Positions 1 to 8,181 of a stretch of DNA of 64,000 nt are shown one piece after another. The translations under genes were made by a program, and so were the position numbers. Under the pieces are notes generated by a model that was given only the letters and a program-made list of their open reading frames with translations, was not told the DNA's origin and did no database searches. The stretch covers positions 12,741-76,740 of the forward strand of contig JADHNY010000003.1 of the NCBI GenBank assembly GCA_016779265.1, read 5' to 3'. The stretch is from Pirellulales bacterium. GTDB taxonomy: Bacteria > Planctomycetota > Planctomycetia > Pirellulales > UBA1268. The first letter of the stretch is position 1, and every line of letters starts with the position of its first letter.

Positions 1-774
1 CCCGATGCCGAGATCGACCTGTTTCGAGCGGCGCTGTTGATCGCTCGCCTCGACAACCCTGAAGTCGATGTCGAGGCTTCGTGTGCAGAGGCACAGCGAC
101 TCGCAGCGACGGTCGCAGAGCGGCTGCCGGAAGATGCAGATCAGGAATCAACGCTCGCGATGCTGGAGACGGTGCTCTTTGAGGAGCTTGGATTCCACGG
201 CAGTCGAGGCGACTTCTACAACCGCTCCAACAGCTATGTGAACGAAGTGCTCGACGACCGCGAGGGCATCCCGATCACGCTCGCAGTGGTCTACATGCAG
301 CTCGCAGGTGAACTCGGTGTGGAGATCGAAGGTGTCAGCTTTCCCGGCCACTTCATTGTGAGAGCTGCTGGTGATCAGCAGGAGTCGATCTGGATCGATG
401 TTTTTGAGGCAGGTGAGCGGCTCACGAGAGAGGATCTCGCGAAGCGACTGAAAGAACAGTCAGGCATGGATCTCGCCGAGCGTCATCTGACGGTAGCAAG
501 TTCGAGAGAGATCCTCGCTCGCATGCTCGGCAACCTGGAAGGGATCGCCAGCCGGGAGCAGGATGCACCGGCGATGCTTCGCTACCTCAGTGGCATTCTC
601 ACGGTGACACCTGGGGCCACGCGTGATCGTGTGCTACGGATGGTCACGGCTGAACGGCTGGGTCGTCGGGAGATGGCCTTGGCGGATGCTCGTTGGTTGC
701 TTGAGGAAGCCCCTGAAGAGATCGATCTCGGACAGGTGCAGCAGTTCATCGACCGTGTGGAAGAGCAGCCGTAG
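1..774 (+). CDS. SirB1/transglutaminase-like (Transglut_core2) protein with TPR-like C-terminus; 5'-partial
   Basis: Frame is open from base 1 (PDAEIDLFRAALLIAR...). Family motifs FYNRSNSYVNEVLDDREGIPITLAVVY, FPGHFIVR, IDVF, EILARMLGNL. Confidence 0.85.
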   Translation, partial: PDAEIDLFRAALLIARLDNPEVDVEASCAEAQRLAATVAERLPEDADQESTLAMLETVLFEELGFHGSRGDFYNRSNSYVNEVLDDREGIPITLAVVYMQLAGELGVEIEGVSFPGHFIVRAAGDQQESIWIDVFEAGERLTREDLAKRLKEQSGMDLAERHLTVASSREILARMLGNLEGIASREQDAPAMLRYLSGILTVTPGATRDRVLRMVTAERLGRREMALADARWLLEEAPEEIDLGQVQQFIDRVEEQP

Positions 775-795
775 CGGCGGCGCGGGTCGCCTCCT

Positions 796-916
796 AGCGT
801 TTGGATGAAAGCTGTGCTGCGCGAACAGTGCCGGCCCCTTGTGGGGACCGGCCATGTATTGGGAATGGCGACGTGTTTCACTCACGATGGAGTCGTGCAG
901 CGCAGATCGGGACGCT
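796..916 (+). ncRNA. Candidate structured RNA element of unknown family
   Basis: 812-824 pairs with 893-905 (13 bp, 2 G-U). 796-806 pairs with 906-916 (10 of 11, 2 G-U). Inner hairpin 830-852. Confidence 0.4.
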
Positions 917-943
917 TATGGTGGAAATCCCAGCGAGCCAATC

Positions 944-1384
944 TTACGGTTTGGCCCAGTAGTCAACGACGCAGACATCCTCGACGTGCGGACCGACGAT
1001 TGAGACAAAATCCTGATGGGCTGGATGCGGCAGATAGGCGTCACGATCGGCTGCTGACGCAAATGTCACAAAGAAGCAGTGCGTGAATCCCTGTGCCTTG
1101 CCTTCAGGCGAGACGTCGGTGCCCCACTCGAAGTCTTTGATCTGAGAAATCTTCGCAGGCAGTCCACGGAATGCAGCCACAATCTTGGCGATGTCGGCAT
1201 CCGTCGAGGACTCCTTAAACGCAAAGAGCACGACGTGTCGGAGCACCTTGCCTTCTTCAGCGGCCGTTGCCTCACGGGACATCGTCATCATCCCGACGAG
1301 TGTGGCGGCAACGACGAGCAATGCTGTTGCGGTCGAGGCGAGGGTGGCGGGGGAAACGGCTTTGGCAAGCTGGGCGATGAGCAT
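944..1384 (-). CDS. Dabb family (stress-responsive A/B barrel) protein with N-terminal signal/TM segment
   Basis: LRHVVLFAFK...FEWGTDVSPEGKAQGFTHCFFVTF...YLPHPAHQDFV...VVDY. Start trimmed to ATG 1384. Confidence 0.88.
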   Translation of the reverse strand: MLIAQLAKAVSPATLASTATALLVVAATLVGMMTMSREATAAEEGKVLRHVVLFAFKESSTDADIAKIVAAFRGLPAKISQIKDFEWGTDVSPEGKAQGFTHCFFVTFASAADRDAYLPHPAHQDFVSIVGPHVEDVCVVDYWAKP

Positions 1385-1500
1385 GAAGTGGCTCCTCCAA
1401 ACAATGCTGGACTCGTGGCTGTGGCGTGAACGGGCAACAGGCCGACCGTAGACTGCGGAGTCTATCATCGCGATGCGTGGAGAGCCGGCAAAGGCGTCGC

Positions 1501-3432
1501 TTACACGATGCCCTTTTCTTCAAGCAGGCTGATGACCGCATTAACGCATTCGCCAAACGGCTTCTCATGCGTCGGCAGCACGAGATCCGGGTTGGCCGGT
1601 GGCTCGTACGGGGCGGAAACACCGGGGCAGTTGGTGATTTCACCAGCATCTGCCCGGGCGTAGATCCCTTGAGTGTCGCGTTCACGACAGACCTCAACTG
1701 GAGCAGAGAGGTGGATCGTGAGGAATCGCTCACCGCCGATGCGATCGGCGACCTTCTGGCGGACAGCTTCTTCTGGGGCCACGAATGAAGCCAGGCAGAT
1801 CAGTCCGGCATCGTTCAACAGCCGTGCCACTTCCGCACTGCGGCGAAGGTTTTCACTGCGATCGGCTGCAGAGAAGCCGAGGTCGCGGCTGATTCCCAGA
1901 CGCATGTTCTGGCCATCGAGCACGGTCACGGCTCGCCCCATGTCAAACAGCCGTCGCTCAACCGCCTTGGCAAGGCTCGTTTTTCCAGAACCTGCCAGTC
2001 CGGTGAAGAGTACGGTTGCCGGCTGCTGTCCGAAGCGAGCCTGGCGTTCTTCCAGCGACACGCCACTCTCTTCACGCTGCAGATGCTCAGCGGAGGCTGT
2101 CTCATCCCAATGGTCAGCGTCGTCACCGTCACCACGGTCGAGAATCATCCCCGCGGCGACCGTGCTGTTGGTCATCCGGTCGATGATGATGAAACCGCCT
2201 GTGCCACGGTTGCGGCGGTAGGCGTCAAAGGCGATTGGTTCGGCGAGGGTGACCTGGCAACGCCCAATTTCGTTGAGCGCCAGACTGGGGGCGGGCTCGC
2301 GGTGCAGGGTGTTGACGTCGATCCGATATCGCAGCGAAGCAATCTGGCCAGGCGACACCTTTGTCGCCTGCTTGAAGAGGTACTGCTTGCCGGGCAGCAT
2401 CGGCTCTTCGGCCATCCAGACAACTGTGGCATCAAACCGCCGTTCGACGCGTGGCACGTTGCCTGGTCGCACGAGCATATCGCCGCGGCTTGAGTCGATC
2501 TCATCGGTCAGCGTGAGGGTGACCGACAGAGGGGCAAACGCCTCCTCGAGTTCACCGTCGTAGGTAACGATCGATTTCACACGGCTCTTCTTGCGAGAAG
2601 GCAGCGTCATCACCTCATCGCCCTTGCGGATGATGCCGCTGGCAATCGTGCCGGAGAAGCCACGGAAGTCGAGGTTGGGCCGCAGCACATACTGCACAGG
2701 GAAGCGGAAGTCTTCCATGTTGCGGTCTGAGCCGATGTAGACCGTTTCCAGCAGCGGCATCAGGGGGCTGCCGGTATGCCAGGGCATGTTGGGGCTTGGC
2801 GTGACGACGTTGTCGCCCTTGAGCGCCGAGATCGGCATGAAGTGCACATCGGGTAGTTCGAGTCGACTGGCAAAGTCAACGTAGTCCTGCCGAATCTTCT
2901 CAAAAACCTGCTGGTCGTAGTCGACAATATCCATCTTGTTGACGGCGACGACGATGTGCTTGATGCCCAGCAGAGAAACGATGAATGAATGCCGTTTGGT
3001 CTGTGACAAGACTCCATGCCGGGCGTCGATCAGGATCACAGCCAGGTCGGCGGTCGATGCCCCGGTGGCCATGTTGCGGGTGTACTGCTCATGGCCGGGC
3101 GTGTCGGCGATAATGAACTTTCGCTTATCGGTCGAGAAGTAGCGGTAGGCCACGTCGATCGTGATGCCCTGCTGCCGCTCATCTTCAAGGCCGTCGGTAA
3201 ACAGAGCCAGGTCAACCTCTTCGCCAGTCGTGCCGTAGCGGGAGGAGTCTTTCTTGATTGCGGCAAGTTGATCCTCGTAGATCATCTTGGACTCATAGAA
3301 GAGTCGGCCGATCAGCGTGCTCTTACCGTCGTCGACGCTGCCGCAGGTGATGAACCGCAGGAGTTCCTTTCGCTCGTGCTGAGCGAGGTATTCGTCGATA
3401 TCGGAAGCGATCAGGGCGGATTGGTGTGACAT
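1501..3432 (-). CDS. cysNC: Sulfate adenylyltransferase subunit 1 fused to APS-kinase domain (CysN/CysC)
   Basis: GTPase motifs [38 protein letters not shown]-terminal P-loop [10 protein letters not shown]. Adjacent to cysD. Confidence 0.97.
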   Translation of the reverse strand: MSHQSALIASDIDEYLAQHERKELLRFITCGSVDDGKSTLIGRLFYESKMIYEDQLAAIKKDSSRYGTTGEEVDLALFTDGLEDERQQGITIDVAYRYFSTDKRKFIIADTPGHEQYTRNMATGASTADLAVILIDARHGVLSQTKRHSFIVSLLGIKHIVVAVNKMDIVDYDQQVFEKIRQDYVDFASRLELPDVHFMPISALKGDNVVTPSPNMPWHTGSPLMPLLETVYIGSDRNMEDFRFPVQYVLRPNLDFRGFSGTIASGIIRKGDEVMTLPSRKKSRVKSIVTYDGELEEAFAPLSVTLTLTDEIDSSRGDMLVRPGNVPRVERRFDATVVWMAEEPMLPGKQYLFKQATKVSPGQIASLRYRIDVNTLHREPAPSLALNEIGRCQVTLAEPIAFDAYRRNRGTGGFIIIDRMTNSTVAAGMILDRGDGDDADHWDETASAEHLQREESGVSLEERQARFGQQPATVLFTGLAGSGKTSLAKAVERRLFDMGRAVTVLDGQNMRLGISRDLGFSAADRSENLRRSAEVARLLNDAGLICLASFVAPEEAVRQKVADRIGGERFLTIHLSAPVEVCRERDTQGIYARADAGEITNCPGVSAPYEPPANPDLVLPTHEKPFGECVNAVISLLEEKGIV

Positions 3433-3434
3433 GC

Positions 3435-4346
3435 CTAGAAGTATCCCTCTCGCTTTTTCTTTTCCATCGAGCCTGCTTCGTCGCTATCGATCAACCGGCC
3501 TTGCCGCTCGGAGAAGGTTGTCAGCAGCATCTCCTGGATGATCTCCGGCAGGGTCGTTGCCGTGGAGTCGACGGCGCCACTGAGCGGATAGCAGCCGAGT
3601 GTGCGGAAACGGACCTTTCGCATCTCAGGCGTTTCACCCGGCTCGAGTGGGAGGCGGTCGTCGTCGACCATGATCATCACGCCATCCCGCCAGACAATGG
3701 GCCTCTCTGCTGCGAAGTAGAGCGGCACGATCGGAATCTGTTCGAGGTGGATGTACTGCCAGACGTCGAGTTCGGTCCAGTTCGAGAGGGGGAAGACCCG
3801 GATGCTCTCCCCTTTCTTGACCTTCGTGTTGTAGAGGTTCCAGAGTTCGGGCCGCTGGTTCTTGGGATCCCAGCGATGAAACTCGTCGCGGAATGAAAAC
3901 ACCCGCTCCTTCGCCCGGCTCTTCTCTTCGTCTCGGCGGGCGCCACCGAAGGCCGCATCGAAACGGTGTTTGGTGAGCGCCTGCTTGAGCGCCTCCGTTT
4001 TCATGACGTTGGTGTGAACCTGGCTGCCATGGTCGATCGGGTTGATGCCCTGAGACCGGCCCTCCTCATTCACATGGATAATCAGGTCGAGGCCAAGTTC
4101 TTTGGCGACGTAGTTGTCCCGCATCCGATACATCTCCTGGAACTTCCAGGTCGTGTCGACGTGCATCAGTGGGAATGGAATTTTGGCTGGGTAGAAGGCT
4201 TTTTCAGCCAGCCGCAGCATGCAGGCCGAATCTTTCCCGATGGAGTAGAGCATCACCGGGTTTTGAAACTCGGCTGCGACCTCCCGGATGATGTGAATGC
4301 TCTCGGCTTCGAGCTGCTTGAGGTGGGTCAGCGAGTAGGAGGACAT
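3435..4346 (-). CDS. cysD: Sulfate adenylyltransferase subunit 2
   Basis: [51 protein letters not shown]. Confidence 0.98.
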   Translation of the reverse strand: MSSYSLTHLKQLEAESIHIIREVAAEFQNPVMLYSIGKDSACMLRLAEKAFYPAKIPFPLMHVDTTWKFQEMYRMRDNYVAKELGLDLIIHVNEEGRSQGINPIDHGSQVHTNVMKTEALKQALTKHRFDAAFGGARRDEEKSRAKERVFSFRDEFHRWDPKNQRPELWNLYNTKVKKGESIRVFPLSNWTELDVWQYIHLEQIPIVPLYFAAERPIVWRDGVMIMVDDDRLPLEPGETPEMRKVRFRTLGCYPLSGAVDSTATTLPEIIQEMLLTTFSERQGRLIDSDEAGSMEKKKREGYF

Positions 4347-4462
4347 ACCTGTTTTTTCGCGGGTGGAGCGGATTCAGGACCTGTTTGTAGGTGGGCAGCA
4401 CGAGGGCGGCAACCCGAGTCGTTTCCCGGCAGAATGGGAGCCCATCGACAGCGGCAGAAGTC

Positions 4463-4471
4463 TGCTATGAT
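4463..4471 (+). promoter_or_regulatory. Putative extended -10 promoter of tRNA-His
   Basis: TGcTATGAT about 20 nt upstream of the tRNA. Confidence 0.5.
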
Positions 4472-4491
4472 TGTCCGATCGCTCACACGGT

Positions 4492-4566
4492 GGTGGTTGT
4501 AGCTCAGTTGGTTAGAGCGCCGGTTTGTGGTACCGGAGGTCGCGGGTTCGAATCCCGTCAGCCACC
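4492..4566 (+). tRNA. tRNA-His(GTG); G-1 encoded, CCA not encoded
   Basis: Acceptor stem GTGGTTG/CAGCCAC, D arm GCTC..GAGC, anticodon arm CCGGT-TTGTGGT-ACCGG, T loop GGTTCGAATCC, discriminator C. Confidence 0.97.
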
Positions 4567-4625
4567 CTTTTTGCGGGTGTCTCTCTTGTGGGCCCATTTC
4601 TTTGGGCCTTCTTCCATACCTGGGC

Positions 4626-4925
4626 CTACTGACGGTTGCGAAGTGTTCTGCCTGACTGTGCTGCCAGGTAGAGCGTCGTCATCATGTCGTAGACGGTCAC
4701 CTCGTGCAGGAGTTCGGTGACTCGTTCACGGGCCTCCTCCGACAGGAGCGGCTCGACCTCTCGCATCAGGGCGACGACCCGTTTCTGCTGCTCTTCGAGC
4801 TCAGAAAAGTCGACTTTTCCGTCGGCGACGGCCTTGAGAAACGACGACCGGGTGCGGGCGTGCTCCGCGAGCAGCGGCGACTCGGAACGCTCGTCAAACC
4901 AGGCAACGGCGTTGCAGTCAGCCAT
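4626..4925 (-). CDS. Hypothetical helical protein with a TerB-like ADGxVxxxE motif
   Basis: 99-aa ORF starting 35 nt downstream of top6A on the same strand, with AAGGA SD. Contains FLKAVADGKVDFSELE. Confidence 0.7.
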   Translation of the reverse strand: MADCNAVAWFDERSESPLLAEHARTRSSFLKAVADGKVDFSELEEQQKRVVALMREVEPLLSEEARERVTELLHEVTVYDMMTTLYLAAQSGRTLRNRQ

Positions 4926-4960
4926 AGCTGGGTCCTTTCCGAAGGTTGGAGAGTGAGCAG

Positions 4961-6115
4961 CTAGTCGAGCCAATCTTTCTCGGCGAGCCGCTCTGGGGCG
5001 TAGGTCTCAGTGACGTAGCTGATGTCTTTCGAAATCAGTGCTTCGACTTCCAGTTTAAAGCCGTTGGAGAGCATCTGGCCGATTTCTTTCTGCCAGGGTT
5101 TTTTGTTGACAAACCAAGGGTAGGCGGCGATCTGCTTGGCCCGCTTGATGTCTGAGTCGGAAAGGGCGATCTGCACACTTGGTGAGAGCTTGCAGAGGTC
5201 GTAGTCACGGCTTCGCAGGCCGAGGAACTTCGCCTCTGGGATGGCCATACGCTTGGACTCGTAGGCGAGGTTGATCGAGCCCTGCTTGAGAACGGAGTAG
5301 ATGTAGTATCCCCACGGATCGTTATCGAGCAGGCAGTAGACAGGCAGTTTCAGTTCGTGGTGCAGGCGGTTGAGCAGCCGACGCACGCCTCGCGGTGGCT
5401 GACCACCGCCGTGGGTCAGCAAGCAGCCATGATTCCGCCAGAACTTGTCTTCATTGAACCGCCGCCAGACGGTGTCTTTTTCGACATGCAGGATGAAGCT
5501 CGCGTCGCACTTCTTGAACTTGATCACATCCGCTTCAACGATCGACGGGATGCTGTAGCCGCCAGACCCCATCCGGGAGCAGTCGATCTCGTCGCCGGAG
5601 TCTTCCAGCACGATCGGGCCGACCATGCCACCTCGATTGCTGGCATACACGTGGAGTTCTTCCCGCAGGCTCTCGAGGGTCACCTCGAGATCTTCGATCA
5701 TCGGGTCGCACTCGTCCTGTGTCGCGAAGGTCTCCTCCCGGGTGCCTTCGATCGTGTGCTTGAGTAGGTAGTAGAGACCTCGGATGCTTGTGGTCTTCTG
5801 TTGATCGATCAGCTGCTTGCAGCCACTCGCGACGAGCAGCGTTTGCATGTAGCTCTTCGCCTGAGAGAGGTTAAAGAGCTGGCGGCAGTTCTTCTGCGAG
5901 CCCATCTCGATAATCCGCTTTGTCTTGTTGAAGCGGACGTTCGAGAGGCTGCGGGTGGGGATGTCGAGATGCGGGTCGCGTCGTTTGGCGGCTGCGGAGG
6001 CCACTCCGTCGGCGAGGCCAACAATCAGATTTCGCGTCTTTTCGTCGACAGGGGGAAGCTTGGGGCGGGACTGCTTGCCAACGGTCGACTTCGAACGCTT
6101 TGATCCGGCGGGCAT
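4961..6115 (-). CDS. top6A: DNA topoisomerase VI subunit A (Spo11 family)
   Basis: Catalytic WHD motif TSIRGLYY, TOPRIM motifs HVEKDTVW and LDNDPWG, and GGQP, GSINLA, KLEVEAL. Confidence 0.93.
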   Translation of the reverse strand: MPAGSKRSKSTVGKQSRPKLPPVDEKTRNLIVGLADGVASAAAKRRDPHLDIPTRSLSNVRFNKTKRIIEMGSQKNCRQLFNLSQAKSYMQTLLVASGCKQLIDQQKTTSIRGLYYLLKHTIEGTREETFATQDECDPMIEDLEVTLESLREELHVYASNRGGMVGPIVLEDSGDEIDCSRMGSGGYSIPSIVEADVIKFKKCDASFILHVEKDTVWRRFNEDKFWRNHGCLLTHGGGQPPRGVRRLLNRLHHELKLPVYCLLDNDPWGYYIYSVLKQGSINLAYESKRMAIPEAKFLGLRSRDYDLCKLSPSVQIALSDSDIKRAKQIAAYPWFVNKKPWQKEIGQMLSNGFKLEVEALISKDISYVTETYAPERLAEKDWLD

Positions 6116-6201
6116 CTGCGATAATCTCCTGAAAGCTGCGGCGGTGACGTCTGCCGCTCCAGACAGCCTACTTTCGCCACCTTTGCGGAAACACCACCAT
6201 C

Positions 6202-6321
6202 ATGATCAAAACAGGTATCGCCTACATTCTGATCGTGCTGTTGATGGCTCTCGGCATCCTCATTGTCGGCCGCTCGGGTGGTCGCCTTGCTCCTGGCGAA
6301 GAGCCACCAAAGAAGCGATAG
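6202..6321 (+). CDS. Small single-pass membrane protein (39 aa), not in the ORF track
   Basis: MIKTGIAYILIVLLMALGILIVGRSGGRLAPGEEPPKKR*: hydrophobic helix plus basic tail, in an otherwise empty gap. Confidence 0.65.
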   Translation: MIKTGIAYILIVLLMALGILIVGRSGGRLAPGEEPPKKR

Positions 6322-6342
6322 CTTCGCGAAGGCAGTGTGCCG

Positions 6343-6371
6343 CCGAGCACAGAGAAACCGAGCACAGAGAA
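6343..6371. repeat. Short tandem duplication (15-bp period)
   Basis: CCGAGCACAGAGAA at 6343 and 6358. Confidence 0.85.
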
Positions 6372-6457
6372 TAGGGACAGACACCCTTGGCAGGCGACGG
6401 CCTCAGTGGTGGCCGCGTGCAAGTCATGACTCGCACGAGTTGTCGGACCGCAGCCGG

Positions 6458-7750
6458 TTAACAGCGGACATCGTCGGCACGGCCAACCGCGTTGATCCGG
6501 CGGAGAAAACGAGGTGGCTGAAGCCCGCTGTCTGTCCCCTGCCGATCGGCGAGTGCGTCGGTGACCGGTGGAGGCGGTGCGAGCTCAAAGTACTCTGCGA
6601 TCCGGCCGACCACGGTCCGCTGTTCGTTAGCCGTCAGTTCAGGGAAGATTGGCAGGGCCAGCGTCTCACGGGCCGCCTGTTCGGTCGCCGGCAGGCTTCC
6701 CTCTTGGCATCCCACATACGCAAAACACTCCTGCATATGCAGCGGCACCGGATAGTAAATCTCTGACGCGACGCCCTGCTCACGCAGATGAGCACGCAGA
6801 CTATCCCGATGGCCGCCGAGCACGCGGATCACAAACTGATTCCAGACGTGACGGCCGCGTGACTCGTCGGTCGGCAGGATCACCTTCCCGTCGAGACCGG
6901 CTGCAGCAAAGAGTCCACAGTAGGTGGCTGCGTTGGCCTGACGCTGACTTGTCCAGGCGTCGAGGTGAGGCAGTTTCACCCGCAGCACGGCAGCCTGAAT
7001 CGAGTCGAGCCGGCTGTTGATGCCCACGACCTTGTGGTAGTACCGCGGCTCCATGCCGTGCACCCGCAGCAGGCGGAGACGCTCGGCGATGTCGTCACGG
7101 GTAGTGGTCAGGAAACCGCCATCGCCAAAGCCACCCAGGTTCTTTGTGGGATAGAAGCTAAAACAGCCGACATCACCCAGGCCTCCGGAGCAGCGGCCAT
7201 GCCAGGTTGAGAGGATCGACTGGGCGGAGTCCTCAATCACTGGGATGCCGGCGTGCTCGGCAATCGGCAGGATGGCGTCCATATCGGCGGTGCGGCCGAA
7301 GAGGTGGACCGGGATCACCGCCCGTGTACGAGGTGAAATCTTCCGCAGCAGGTCTGTGGGATCGAGCAGGTACGTTGCCGGATCGATGTCGACAAACACC
7401 GGCGTCGCGCCGAGGCGAGTCACCGCACTGGCGGTGGCAAAGAAGGTGTAGCTTGGCAGCAGCACCTCGTCACCTGGTTGGATATCGACCGCCATCAACG
7501 CCAGCAGCAGCGCGTCGCTGCCAGAGGCGCAGCCGATGGCATGAGGAACGCCCAGCATTCTGGCGAGTTCGCTCTCCAGTTCTGCAACATCGGGGCCCAG
7601 GCAAAACTGTCCAGAGTCACAGACACGAAGAATGGCTGCCTGAAACTCTTCTTTGAGGGTCTCGTACTGCCGATCGAGAGCGAGCAGGCCGACCGAAGGG
7701 AGCAGCTCGGTGCTGGATGCGTCTGGACCGTCGAGTTTGGTGCGAATCAT
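6458..7750 (-). CDS. DegT/DnrJ/EryC1/StrS family PLP aminotransferase
   Basis: CASGSDALLLAL, TFFATA, PVHLFG, IEDSAQS, FSFYPTKNLGGFGDGG, NSRLD. Confidence 0.93.
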   Translation of the reverse strand: MIRTKLDGPDASSTELLPSVGLLALDRQYETLKEEFQAAILRVCDSGQFCLGPDVAELESELARMLGVPHAIGCASGSDALLLALMAVDIQPGDEVLLPSYTFFATASAVTRLGATPVFVDIDPATYLLDPTDLLRKISPRTRAVIPVHLFGRTADMDAILPIAEHAGIPVIEDSAQSILSTWHGRCSGGLGDVGCFSFYPTKNLGGFGDGGFLTTTRDDIAERLRLLRVHGMEPRYYHKVVGINSRLDSIQAAVLRVKLPHLDAWTSQRQANAATYCGLFAAAGLDGKVILPTDESRGRHVWNQFVIRVLGGHRDSLRAHLREQGVASEIYYPVPLHMQECFAYVGCQEGSLPATEQAARETLALPIFPELTANEQRTVVGRIAEYFELAPPPPVTDALADRQGTDSGLQPPRFLRRINAVGRADDVRC

Positions 7751-7988
7751 GAGATGCAGCGACTCCGTTGCCTCGAAACCACTGCCTCGGGCGAAAGGCC
7801 CTCAAACGACAACGATTTCGTTGTGGTGACCGTCCGTTTGCCAGCGAGTCTGCGGAAAGCATCTCGCTCGACTGAAACGATCTGAGGTGAGGAAATAGGA
7901 AACTTCCCTCCCCACAACAAGGCCAGGTACGCGGGTGTCGCCGGGCCTGAAAGGCGGTGGTCGACCGGGATTGCCCCGCTCCACTGAA

Positions 7989-8018
7989 TTGACACCTCTG
8001 CCTGTCGAACCCTAGATT
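7989..8018 (+). promoter_or_regulatory. Putative sigma70 promoter for tex
   Basis: TTGACA-N18-TAGATT. Confidence 0.6.
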
Positions 8019-8181
8019 CACACGCGAAGATGGGCGGCCGGCTGCGTTCGTGGAGAGCAGTTGTGAGTCGTACGGCATATCGCCACGGATGTGCCCCGAG
8101 TTTTGTCGACGGATCAACGCCCCGTCTGTCGACGTGCCTTATCGAGAGTAGTGCGGCTCGGCTTGCTGAGCCGCGAATGGC

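Noticed and set aside
4492..6457. tRNA-His as the integration site of an island carrying top6A
   Set aside because: No integrase, no second copy of the tRNA 3' end noticed, and no obvious compositional shift.
7747..7995. 82-aa ORF overlapping the DegT start by ATGA
   Set aside because: No motif or typical composition, and it runs into the -35 element of the divergent tex promoter.
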